DNA of 64,000 nucleotides from an uncultured Candidatus Binatia bacterium (lineage in GTDB: Bacteria; Desulfobacterota; Binatia; UBA9968; JAJDTQ01): the NCBI GenBank assembly GCA_965213675.1, contig OZ243916.1, forward strand, positions 1,632,001 to 1,696,000, written 5' to 3'. The position numbers and the translations under genes were made by a program. The stretch's first letter is position 1; the number at the start of each line of letters is the position of its first letter. Shown here piece by piece: positions 19,294 through 38,216 of this stretch. The notes beneath the pieces are model-generated. The model saw only the letters and a program-made list of their open reading frames with translations, had not been told where the DNA came from and did no database searches.

Positions 19294-20472
19294 GTGCAAC
19301 CGCGGGTCCCGTGCACGTCAAGCCGCGACGAAATCAGCGGCACGGTGACATGCCGGGCCACAGGGATTCCAAGACTCGTGAGCGCCACCAACGACTACAT
19401 CCGAGAAGCACGAGAGCAAAAGGGTCTGACCCTGGCTCAAGTGGCCGACGCGACGCGCATTCCACGTTACTACCTGGAGATTCTGGAAGGCGGCGGCAAC
19501 GAACAACTGGTGTCGGACCGGCTCTACCTGGTCCACTTTCTGCGCGAGTACGCCGCCTATCTGGAGATCGAGGTCGAGACGCTGGCGGCTCAGTTCGTGC
19601 GCGAGAACCGGGGCGTGGGAAACGTGACCGCCCCTCCCGAGACGGAGGCCCGTTCCACGAAAGGAATCACGGTCGCCGTCCTGGCTGTCCTGCTGCTGAT
19701 TGTCGCCGGCATCTACGTCTACGATCCGACGCTGGTGAATCCCGTCAACCTTACCCGCACGGTCAACCAACCCGGCGAGGAAGCACAGCCCGCCGCCCCG
19801 CCGGAAGTCGTCGAGACGCCATCGTTGCCGACCCCTGACGCCGCCCAAACGCCTCCGGTGAGCACAGAGCCGAGTTCGGTACTGCAACCCGAAGCCGACG
19901 AAACCGTGCCCGCCGATCCCATTCTGGCGGAGAGCCCGCCCGCAGCCGACTCGGAACCGCCGCCCGCCGCGGCCTCTGAGACCGCGGGCGCCAGCGAATC
20001 GGGCGCCACGGGCGTTGCGGAGGCGGAACCCCCGGCCGCGACGGACTCGGAGCCCGGCGTTGCGGAGACCGGCACCGCGCCCGGCGCGGTTTCTGAGTCG
20101 GCGGGCGTTACGGAGGCCGAGCCCGAGGCTCCCGAAACCGCGGAGGCCGAGCCGCCAACGACCGCGGCGGCGAGCGAAACGGAGCCGCCACAAACCGGCG
20201 GCGCCGAGGCCGCGGCAGCACACACCCTCACCATTGCGGCTGACTCCCGCTCCTGGATGCGGGTCTGGGTGGACGACCGACCGTCGCGCGACCTGTTGCT
20301 CAACGCCGGCCAGAGCGCCACGCTGTCCGCGGACACCGGATTCAGGATCACCTTCGGCAACGCCGGAGGCGTGCGCCTCACGCTCAACAACCAAGAACTC
20401 CCCGCCGTCGGCAGGTCCGGCGAGGTAGTGCGCAACTACGAACTGCCGCGCCCCGCGCAGGCAACGCCATGA
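19294..20472 (+). CDS. rodZ: RodZ-like protein (HTH, TM, Pro/Ala/Glu linker, DUF4115); start uncertain, possibly 19378
   Basis: [24 protein letters not shown]; single TM; SWMRVWVD...FGNAGGV. Confidence 0.85.
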   Translation: MQPRVPCTSSRDEISGTVTCRATGIPRLVSATNDYIREAREQKGLTLAQVADATRIPRYYLEILEGGGNEQLVSDRLYLVHFLREYAAYLEIEVETLAAQFVRENRGVGNVTAPPETEARSTKGITVAVLAVLLLIVAGIYVYDPTLVNPVNLTRTVNQPGEEAQPAAPPEVVETPSLPTPDAAQTPPVSTEPSSVLQPEADETVPADPILAESPPAADSEPPPAAASETAGASESGATGVAEAEPPAATDSEPGVAETGTAPGAVSESAGVTEAEPEAPETAEAEPPTTAAASETEPPQTGGAEAAAAHTLTIAADSRSWMRVWVDDRPSRDLLLNAGQSATLSADTGFRITFGNAGGVRLTLNNQELPAVGRSGEVVRNYELPRPAQATP

Positions 20473-21497
20473 TCGATCTCCGTTCCGACACGGTCACGAC
20501 CCCGACACCCGACATGCTCAGGGTCATGACGGCGGCCGAGGTGGGGGACGACGTCTACAGCGAAGACCCCAGCATCAACCGGTTGGAAGAAGAGGTGGCG
20601 GGCATCCTGGGCAAGGAGGCCGCGGTGTTCACGCCATCCGGCTCCATGGCCAACCAGATCGCCATCCGGCTCCACACCCAGCCGGGCGACTCGGTGCTGT
20701 GCGAAGAAAGCGCGCACACCTTTGCCTACGAGGCCGGGGCCGGGGCGGCGCTCTCGGGGGTGCAGTTCGACCTCATCCCGTTCCGGGAGAAGCTGTCCGA
20801 CGCGGCCATCACGGACCGCTTCCGCGCGGACGGACTCCACGAGTCCCCATCCACCCTGATCCTCGTCGAGAACACCCACAACCGCGGGCGCGGGCGCGCC
20901 CTGGACTCCAGGGAGACACGGCGCATCGTGGCCACGGCGCGGGGGTTGGGACTCAAGACCCACTGCGACGGCGCCCGGCTGTGGAACGCCGCCGCCGCCA
21001 CCGGCGACTCCGAACGCGATCTGGCGGCAGGCTTCGACACGGTGGCGGTGTGCTTTTCCAAGGGGCTGGGCGCGCCCGTAGGTTCCGCCCTGGCCGGCAG
21101 CGGCGACGCCATCGCCCACGCGCGCAAGATCCGCAAGCGGCTGGGCGGCGGCATGCGCCAGGCCGGGTTCCTGGCCGCGGCCGCGTTGTACGGCGTTCGG
21201 CAGCATCGGCGGCGTCTGCCGGAAGACCACCGCCGCGCCGCGGCCCTCGCACGAGGCCTGGAAGAGCTCATGCATGATGGCAGACCCCTTGAGGTGGAGA
21301 TCCCCGACCCGCCCACGAACATGGTCTATTGGCGCGCCCCCGACGGCCCCGCCATGGTGGAGGCGCTACGCGGCAAGGGCGTACTCATGAACCATGTCGG
21401 CAACGGCTGGCTCCGCGCGGTCACCCACCTCCAGATCTCGGACGGCGACATCCACGACGCCCTCCTGCGAATCCGCGACGTGCTGCGCGGCGGCTAG
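20469..21497 (+). CDS. ltaE: Low-specificity L-threonine aldolase
   Basis: [42 protein letters not shown]. Confidence 0.93.
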   Translation: MIDLRSDTVTTPTPDMLRVMTAAEVGDDVYSEDPSINRLEEEVAGILGKEAAVFTPSGSMANQIAIRLHTQPGDSVLCEESAHTFAYEAGAGAALSGVQFDLIPFREKLSDAAITDRFRADGLHESPSTLILVENTHNRGRGRALDSRETRRIVATARGLGLKTHCDGARLWNAAAATGDSERDLAAGFDTVAVCFSKGLGAPVGSALAGSGDAIAHARKIRKRLGGGMRQAGFLAAAALYGVRQHRRRLPEDHRRAAALARGLEELMHDGRPLEVEIPDPPTNMVYWRAPDGPAMVEALRGKGVLMNHVGNGWLRAVTHLQISDGDIHDALLRIRDVLRGG

Positions 21498-21538
21498 TGT
21501 GGTGTCTGTCGAGCAATCGGCAAGGCACGGGCGTCCGT

Positions 21539-21567
21539 GTAGGAGCGACGGCCGGCCGCCCCTGCAC
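21539..21567 (+). repeat. GTAG-type REP palindrome
   Basis: gtaggagcgacggccggccgcccctgc; family members at 19078, 51020, 55731, 55772 and 60856. Confidence 0.65.
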
Positions 21568-21638
21568 GGACAGCCTCCTGGTGCTGTCGTCGGCGTCCCA
21601 AGCATCGCGTAGCCGAAGGATCCCCACTCGCGACCCCA

Positions 21639-22748
21639 ATGCGACCCGAAGACGCAAGATACGTCATCATCGGAGCCGGCTTTGCCGGGGCGGCCACGGC
21701 CTGCCATCTGGCTTGGCGCGGCGCGCGGCGGATGACCATCCTTGAGCAGGAAGCCGTGGCCGGGTTCCACTCGTCCGGCCGCAACGCCGGCTTCATCCGC
21801 CAAGTGCTCTCCGAGCCCTCCGTGGGGGACTTGGCGGCGCGATCCGCCGAGTTCATCCGCAACCCGCCGCCCGGCTGGCCCATTCCCGTCTCGTACGACG
21901 CCATCGGCTGCCTGATCCTGGGACGCGGCGCACAGTGGGAGGCCTTGGGTCGCGACGCGGAGCTGGCGCGCGGGCGCGGCCTCGAGGTGGAGTTGTGGTC
22001 CCCGGACAAGACCTTGGCGACCCTTCCGGTGATCGCGGGATGCGCCCTGGACGGCGCCGTATGGTGCCCTTCGGACGGTGTCATCGACATCAACGCGCTG
22101 CTGTCCGGGTATCTCAGGGTGGCCCAGGGAGCCGGAGCGGTGATCCGTTACGGCGAGACCGTGCGCGAGGTACACGTGCGCGGCGGGAGCGTACAGGGCG
22201 TCGCCACGGACCAGGGTTTCCTGGAAGCCGACGTGGTGGTGAACGCGGCCGGACCTTGGGTCGGGCCCGTAGGCGTCATGGCCGGAGCGGAACCCATCGC
22301 GTTCCATCCGCGCCGTCGGCATCTGTTCGTCACCCCGCCGCTGGACTGGGTGCAGCCCGGCGCGCCCTTCTGTCTCAACGTGTCGGACCAGATCTATTTC
22401 CAGCCCAACTCCGGCGGCCTCATGCTTTGCCCATGCGACGAGGAGGACCTGCCGCCCTGCGACCCGCCCACCGACGTCCGCGCCATGGAACTGCTGGCGG
22501 ACAAGTTGGCGGACGCCTACCCCCACTTCCCGGACGTTTCCATCGCGCGCCACTGGGCAGGACTCCGGACGTTCAGCGACGACAACCGCTTCGTCATCGG
22601 GTGGGACCCCAAGGTGGAGGGCTTCTTCTGGGTGGCGGGCCTCGCCGGACACGGCGTCACCACCAGCGCGGCGGTGGGCTCCCTGGCCGCCCGGGTGCTG
22701 TTCGGCGCCGACGAGGACCCGAATTTCTCGCCCGCGCGCTTCGGCTGA
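21639..22748 (+). CDS. FAD-dependent oxidoreductase (DAO/sarcosine oxidase family)
   Basis: IIGAGFAG, SSGRNAG, NAAGPW, WAGLRTF, GLAGHG. Confidence 0.9.
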   Translation: MRPEDARYVIIGAGFAGAATACHLAWRGARRMTILEQEAVAGFHSSGRNAGFIRQVLSEPSVGDLAARSAEFIRNPPPGWPIPVSYDAIGCLILGRGAQWEALGRDAELARGRGLEVELWSPDKTLATLPVIAGCALDGAVWCPSDGVIDINALLSGYLRVAQGAGAVIRYGETVREVHVRGGSVQGVATDQGFLEADVVVNAAGPWVGPVGVMAGAEPIAFHPRRRHLFVTPPLDWVQPGAPFCLNVSDQIYFQPNSGGLMLCPCDEEDLPPCDPPTDVRAMELLADKLADAYPHFPDVSIARHWAGLRTFSDDNRFVIGWDPKVEGFFWVAGLAGHGVTTSAAVGSLAARVLFGADEDPNFSPARFG

Positions 22749-22793
22749 CACGCCGCCGTCCCCTGCCCTTCCGGCGCTCCAGCCGCCTCCGCG

Positions 22794-23393
22794 CTATCCG
22801 GATTCCCGCTTGACCAGGATCTCGTCGATGATGTGATATTCCAGGGCCATGGGCGCGGTCATGTACCGATCCCGTTGGGTGTCCCGTTCAACGGTCTCGA
22901 GAGTCTGCCCGGTGTGCTTCACGAGTATGTCGTTGACCTCCCGGCGTACCCTGAGCATTTCCCTGGCGTGGATGTCGATGTCCGCCGCCGACCCATGGTA
23001 ACCCCCCAAGGGCTGGTGGATCATGACTCGGGCGTGAGGTAGCGCGAACCGCTTCCCGGACCGCCCGGCGGCAAGCAGCAGGGCCCCCATGCTCGCCGCC
23101 TCGCCGACGCACACCGTGGCGACGTCCGGCCGGACGTACTGCATGGTATCGTAGATGGCCAGTCCCGCGGTCACCAGCCCGCCGGGCGAGTTGATGTAAA
23201 GGTAGATGTCCCGTTCGGAATCCTCGGATTCCAGGTACAGAAGCTGAGCCGCGATGGTGTTGGCCACCGGGTCATCGACCTCCCCCACCAGGAACACGAT
23301 GCGGTCTCGCAGCATCCGGGAAAAAAGGTCATAGGCGCGCTCGCCGCGGCCGCTCTCCTCCACCACTGTCGGTATCTCGATCTGGTTTCGCAT
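22794..23393 (-). CDS. clpP: ATP-dependent Clp protease proteolytic subunit
   Basis: [25 protein letters not shown] catalytic motifs. Confidence 0.95.
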   Translation of the reverse strand: MRNQIEIPTVVEESGRGERAYDLFSRMLRDRIVFLVGEVDDPVANTIAAQLLYLESEDSERDIYLYINSPGGLVTAGLAIYDTMQYVRPDVATVCVGEAASMGALLLAAGRSGKRFALPHARVMIHQPLGGYHGSAADIDIHAREMLRVRREVNDILVKHTGQTLETVERDTQRDRYMTAPMALEYHIIDEILVKRESG

Positions 23394-23422
23394 CACCACG
23401 GGTGAAACATGCAGGGCAATCG

Positions 23423-24319
23423 TCAGGAATTCAAGAGGCCATGCCGGTCCAGGAACTCACGCATGATCTCGACGCAACTTTCCGGTTCTTCGAGCTGCAG
23501 AAAATGCGTCGTTTCGGGCACGAAATCGTAGTCCACGGTCAGGATATGACGCAGGTCCAGCGTCGGCAGGTAGGAAAACGGCAGAGTGGGATCGGCGCCG
23601 ATGACCTTGGTCGGGCAACGGAGCTTGTCGAGTTCCACCATCACCGCGAACGGCGCGGCGTATTGGATGATCTGTGCCTCGTATTCACGCGGACACCGGA
23701 GCTCGTATCCGTTCCCGTCCACCGACTCGCGGAGGGTCGTCCGCGCGACGAGATCGAACACGCCGGGAACGGCCCGTTGATATACTGGCAGATAGGGCAG
23801 GATCTCGGCAAACTGTTGCACGCTCTCGAACCGGGGTGTGCGGTGGCGGGCCATGCCCGCCACGCGGTCGGCGGCAGCATCGAATTCCGCGTAGTTCAGC
23901 CCGCGCTTGCACACGGGCGGATCGAACAGAACGCGAGCCGCGAACTCGCTGCCCAGGTTGGCCGACAGGAGTGTGGCCAAGGCGGCGACGGAATGGAAGA
24001 CCCCGATCTTGGGTTTGTTTCCGTAGTGGTGGTCGACCGCCTTGAGAATCCGGTCGTGGTCACTGACGAATCTCGCGAGGTTGTGACTCTGCGACTTGCC
24101 GACAGCATTCCAGCCGTGATTTCTGAGGTCATAGACGACCAGGTCGAAATCGTCGGCCAGCAGCGACCAGAAAGGGTAGTAGAGGTCGATGGCAAGCCCG
24201 TTGCCGTGGCTCAGGACCAGGCGCGGGCCGGCGGGGTTGCCGTGACGCCGCAGGACGATGACGGTGTCATCGTCCACGCGGACGTCACGGGTGGAAAGCG
24301 GCTCGGGTACCTCCCACAC
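23423..24319 (-). CDS. Alpha/beta hydrolase of the PKS cluster (possible thioesterase/transferase)
   Basis: SHGNG, YDLRNHG, GVFHSVA nucleophile elbow, THFLQLE. Confidence 0.82.
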   Translation of the reverse strand: MWEVPEPLSTRDVRVDDDTVIVLRRHGNPAGPRLVLSHGNGLAIDLYYPFWSLLADDFDLVVYDLRNHGWNAVGKSQSHNLARFVSDHDRILKAVDHHYGNKPKIGVFHSVAALATLLSANLGSEFAARVLFDPPVCKRGLNYAEFDAAADRVAGMARHRTPRFESVQQFAEILPYLPVYQRAVPGVFDLVARTTLRESVDGNGYELRCPREYEAQIIQYAAPFAVMVELDKLRCPTKVIGADPTLPFSYLPTLDLRHILTVDYDFVPETTHFLQLEEPESCVEIMREFLDRHGLLNS

Positions 24320-24335
24320 GGTTTCCCGAACGGCC

Positions 24336-24560
24336 TCACCCGGAGTGGGAATCGACGTAGGCGATCAGATCCCCGAAGGTGGTGAACTTCGCGATTTCTT
24401 CGGGAGGAATCGTAACGCCGAACTCCTCGCCCACCGCTTTGATGAAAGCTACCGCGTCCAGGGACGACACGCCCGAATCGGCGACGCTGGCCGCAGGATT
24501 CGCGGGGCGACCCAACTGTTCCTGAAAAAGCTGCTTGATGCGGTCTTCACTTGATGCCAC
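24336..24560 (-). CDS. supB: Free-standing acyl carrier protein
   Basis: 74 aa, GVSSLD Ser motif, acidic; AAAGGAG RBS; directly downstream of the PKS. Confidence 0.8.
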   Translation of the reverse strand: MASSEDRIKQLFQEQLGRPANPAASVADSGVSSLDAVAFIKAVGEEFGVTIPPEEIAKFTTFGDLIAYVDSHSG

Positions 24561-24686
24561 GGTGTTGTCTCCTTTCGTCAAAATCGAGTTGGCAGTAACC
24601 TATAACACACGGGTATGAAACTTCACCATCTGTCGGAGGCTTGGACTGCCAGCCCTCCGGGGATGGTGCGTCAATGAACCCGACCT

Positions 24687-35009
<10,323 letters not shown>

Positions 35010-35249
35010 CTCTTCGCCCTCCGCGAATTCCTTGATCCATCGTGCGCGACGAAACGCAACGGGTCGCAGGCATTTCGTACAGCCGCCTTTCGCGACCACC
35101 GCGCTTGCGCTTCCTGCCATTCCCGCAAGAGCAGTACACACGTGCCGACAAAAGAACTCCTGCGCACCTTACCACGCTGCCGACGGCGAAAAAGACCCGC
35201 GGATTGTTATGCGAATCAACCAGGCACCACACTAGCCGTGGCGGGCCGG

Positions 35250-35529
35250 CGGCCACCCCGAGACCGCCGGCGGCGACGCCGGTTAGCTCAGCCACCGATA
35301 CCGCGGTGGTGTAGGCCGTGTTGGGGACCGTTCCGGCGAAGCCGGAGACCAGGTTGCCGAGCCCGTCCACGGCCGCGGCGATGAGCATGATCACCGTCCC
35401 CAAAACCGTGGGGATCAGGATGGTGACGGTAGCGCTCAGCACCGCGAGTTGCAGGCCAAGGCCCAGGGAGGCGGCCAGCGGGGGCGTTTCGTCGGGTTGG
35501 TAGCGGATGCCGGTGGTTGTCAATCTCAA
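35250..35529 (-). pseudogene. Internally deleted xanthine/uracil (NAT/NCS2) permease
   Basis: IRYQPDE.PP N-terminus joined in frame to GTVIMLI and DGLGNLVSG..NTAY...ELTGVAA. Confidence 0.75.
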
Positions 35530-35661
35530 CCCTCCTGACCGTCGGTTCAGAAACTCCCACGGGGTGCCGCCTGCTCAACCGGCGCCGGTCCGGCTGTCGG
35601 AACCGGCGGTTTACGGGTACAGTGAAGCGACACACAAGTCGGTCAACGGAGGCGACAGGAC

Positions 35662-36384
35662 ATGCCGGAAGAATACAACCTGGAAGGCGCACCGGAATCC
35701 ATGCGCGCGCCGCTCGGGCGCTACGCGGAGACCCTCAAGGAGCTCGCTGGTGACAACGCCCGGTCGTTGACGCTGTTCGGCGCCATTGCCGCCGGCACGT
35801 TCAATCCGCGGTCCCACACCGCTCGGAGCGTCTTCGTGGTTGAGGCCGTAGACCTGGACGTACTTCATCAGTTGGCGAAACAGGGGCCGCGCCTGGGGAA
35901 GGCGCGCATCGCCGCGCCCCTCATCATGACGCCGGAATACATCGACGCATCCATGGACACGTTTCCGCTCGAGTTCCTGGAAATCGCCCAGCACCACATC
36001 TGCGTGTTCGGCGAGGACTACTTCCGGGAACTGCCCCTCCAGGCCGCGGACGTACGGCACGAGTGCGAGCGGGAGATCAAGACCATCCAGCTCGGCATGC
36101 GACAGGCACTGCTGGCCGCGGCGGGCCGGGACAAGGCCCTGACCACCGTGGAGGTGGACGTGGGGGAGCGCCTGCTGCGGTCCCTGCGTGGATTGCTGTG
36201 GCTGCACGGCGACACCGAGCCCAGGGCGGCGCTGGATGCGGTGGCGGCTGTCGAGGGCGGCATTCAGCGATCGCTGCCGGGGGTTCGAAGCGCCGTCGAC
36301 AACCGCAGCGGTCACGGATGGGAGGAGTTCAAGACCCTTTACGCGGACGTGGACGCCCTGAGGACCCATATCAATGCCTGGTAG
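35662..36384 (+). CDS. Nucleotidyltransferase-like protein associated with TPM/LemA
   Basis: SLTLFGA, SMDTFPLEFLEI motif; operon context. Confidence 0.7.
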   Translation: MPEEYNLEGAPESMRAPLGRYAETLKELAGDNARSLTLFGAIAAGTFNPRSHTARSVFVVEAVDLDVLHQLAKQGPRLGKARIAAPLIMTPEYIDASMDTFPLEFLEIAQHHICVFGEDYFRELPLQAADVRHECEREIKTIQLGMRQALLAAAGRDKALTTVEVDVGERLLRSLRGLLWLHGDTEPRAALDAVAAVEGGIQRSLPGVRSAVDNRSGHGWEEFKTLYADVDALRTHINAW

Positions 36385-37219
36385 GCTCGCCCGCTTCCCG
36401 CTCGGGCCGGCGCTACTGGCCGTGTGCCTTGCCGCACTGGCGCTGCTCGCTTCGGCGGCGGGCGCGGCGGTCACGGTCAAGGATCCGGGAACGTACGTGG
36501 TGGACAAGGCCGGTCTCATCGACGCCGCCACCGAACGGCGGATGGAGGGCTGGCTGCGGGAGCTGGAGCGGAAGACCACGGCCCAGGTCAAGGTCCTGAC
36601 CGTTCCCACGACGGACGGAGAAGACTTCTTCGGCTTCGTGCAGCGCCACGCCGAGGCCTGGAAGCTCGGCCGCAAGGGCAAGGACAACGGCGCGCTCATC
36701 ACCTTGACCCTGAAGGAGCGGAGGGTGCGGGTACACACCGGGTACGGCCTTGAAGGGGTGCTGCCCGACTCCTGGGCCGGCACCGCTTCGCGACGGGTGG
36801 CCCAGGATTTCTTCAGGGCAGGAAAATTTGCCGAGGGTTTGTTTGCCCTCACCGTCGCGACGGCCAACCGGGTGGCGGACGCGGCGCGGGTGAAGCTCAC
36901 CGGAGCGCCCGACTACCGAATCCGCGGCGGCCGGCGGCGCGTGACCGGCACGGGCATCGGCGGCTCGCTGATGCCCGTGCTGATAGGCCTGTTCTTCCTG
37001 AGCTCGCTACGCCGGCGCCGTCATCGCACGGCGTGGGGAGGCCGGGGCGCGGCTTCCGGTTTGCTGATGGGAGCGGTCCTCGGTAGCCTCCTTGGAGGCG
37101 GCGGGCGTTCCTGGGGTGGCTCAGGCGGAGGTCTCGGAGGGGGCTTCGGCGGCGGCTTCGGGGGTTCCTTCGGCGGCGGCGGCGGCTTCGGAGGAGGAGG
37201 AGGCGGAGCCGGCTGGTGA
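36374..37219 (+). CDS. TPM-domain (YgcG-like) protein
   Basis: Signal peptide, VVDKAG, WKLGRKGKDNG, GYGLEGVLPD, Gly-rich tail ending in W. Confidence 0.9.
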   Translation: MPGRLARFPLGPALLAVCLAALALLASAAGAAVTVKDPGTYVVDKAGLIDAATERRMEGWLRELERKTTAQVKVLTVPTTDGEDFFGFVQRHAEAWKLGRKGKDNGALITLTLKERRVRVHTGYGLEGVLPDSWAGTASRRVAQDFFRAGKFAEGLFALTVATANRVADAARVKLTGAPDYRIRGGRRRVTGTGIGGSLMPVLIGLFFLSSLRRRRHRTAWGGRGAASGLLMGAVLGSLLGGGGRSWGGSGGGLGGGFGGGFGGSFGGGGGFGGGGGGAGW

Positions 37220-37331
37220 CACCCACTGGTCGCGGCTCCCTGTCGGACGTGGCACGGACGGGTTTGGAACCGGCGCGTACGTTGACTGGCTGCACGATCC
37301 GTGGATAACTCGTAGGGGAAGGGAGAGAAGG

Positions 37332-37904
37332 TTGAGCGCATCGAGAATTTTGCTGGTGGGGCTGGCTGCCATCGTCGGGATGGTGTTGCTGGCGGGCGGC
37401 TGTGTCCTCAACGGCTACAACCGCGCCATCACCTTCGACGAAGGGGTCAAGAATCAGTGGGCGCAGGTGGAGAACCAGCTCCAGCGCCGCTTCGAGCTGA
37501 TCCCCAACCTGGTGGAAACGGTCAAGGGCGTGGCCGGTCAGGAAGAAAAGATATACCTGGGTGTGGCCAACGCGCGTAAAGCCTACTTCCAGGCGAACTC
37601 GGTCAATCAGAAAGCCCAGGCCGCCGCCGGCTTCGAACGCGCGCTCTCGCGATTGCTCGTATTGCGCGAGCAGTATCCGCAGCTCAAGTCCAACCAGTCC
37701 TTTCTCAAACTCCAGGACCAGCTCGAAGGCACGGAGAACCGTCTGGCGGTGGAACGAAAGCGCTTCAACGACGCCGTCACCGCGGTGAACACGTTCGTGA
37801 GGAAGCTGCCGGGGCGCTTCTACGCCGGTCTCGCAGGGGTCGAGAAGGCCGAATACTTCCAAGTGGACGAAGCCGCCCGGGAGACCCCGCGAGTCAGCTT
37901 CTGA
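37332..37904 (+). CDS. lemA: LemA family protein
   Basis: QWAQVENQLQRRFELIPNLVETVKG, YPQLKSNQ.F..LQDQLEGTENR. Confidence 0.93.
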   Translation: MSASRILLVGLAAIVGMVLLAGGCVLNGYNRAITFDEGVKNQWAQVENQLQRRFELIPNLVETVKGVAGQEEKIYLGVANARKAYFQANSVNQKAQAAAGFERALSRLLVLREQYPQLKSNQSFLKLQDQLEGTENRLAVERKRFNDAVTAVNTFVRKLPGRFYAGLAGVEKAEYFQVDEAARETPRVSF

Positions 37905-37914
37905 GAGCCGTTAT

Positions 37915-37980
37915 CCCCAATGTTGTAAAAGGTTCGTGGAGAGCGCTTCGAAACTCGGCCTACAAAACGTCATTCCCGCG
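37915..37980 (+). repeat. Dispersed ~65-bp repeat, copy 2, ending in GTCATTCCCGCG
   Basis: Near-identical to 7962-8025. Confidence 0.85.
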
Positions 37981-38043
37981 AGGGTTACGAAGCGCCATTC
38001 CGCAATCGTCACCATCATTTTCGGGGTATGCCATAGGCAAAAT

Positions 38044-38071
38044 TTGACATATCGAACTTTTCAGTTATATT
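38044..38071 (+). promoter_or_regulatory. Near-consensus sigma70 promoter
   Basis: TTGACA-16-TATATT in an AT-rich patch. Confidence 0.65.
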
Positions 38072-38104
38072 GAGACCAGAAACCAATCACGCAAGGAGGG
38101 ATCA

Positions 38105-38176
38105 TTGGAAGTCTGGCTCATCATCATCGTGTCCATCGCCGTCAGCCTCGCCATCGCGTCGTTGCTGGAATACTGA
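38105..38176 (+). CDS. Small 23-aa single-TM peptide MEVWLIIIVSIAVSLAIASLLEY
   Basis: AAGGAGG SD before TTG; upstream promoter; C-ending host-like codons. Confidence 0.65.
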   Translation: MEVWLIIIVSIAVSLAIASLLEY

Positions 38177-38216
38177 TTCCGGCGGCGACCCTCCGTTGAA
38201 ATGACCGCGCGCGGCG

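Noticed and set aside
19940-20200. Imperfect repeats inside rodZ
   Set aside because: They encode the ordinary Pro/Ala/Glu/Thr low-complexity linker.
37100-37219. GGC-rich repeat tract
   Set aside because: It encodes the normal Gly-rich tail of TPM proteins.
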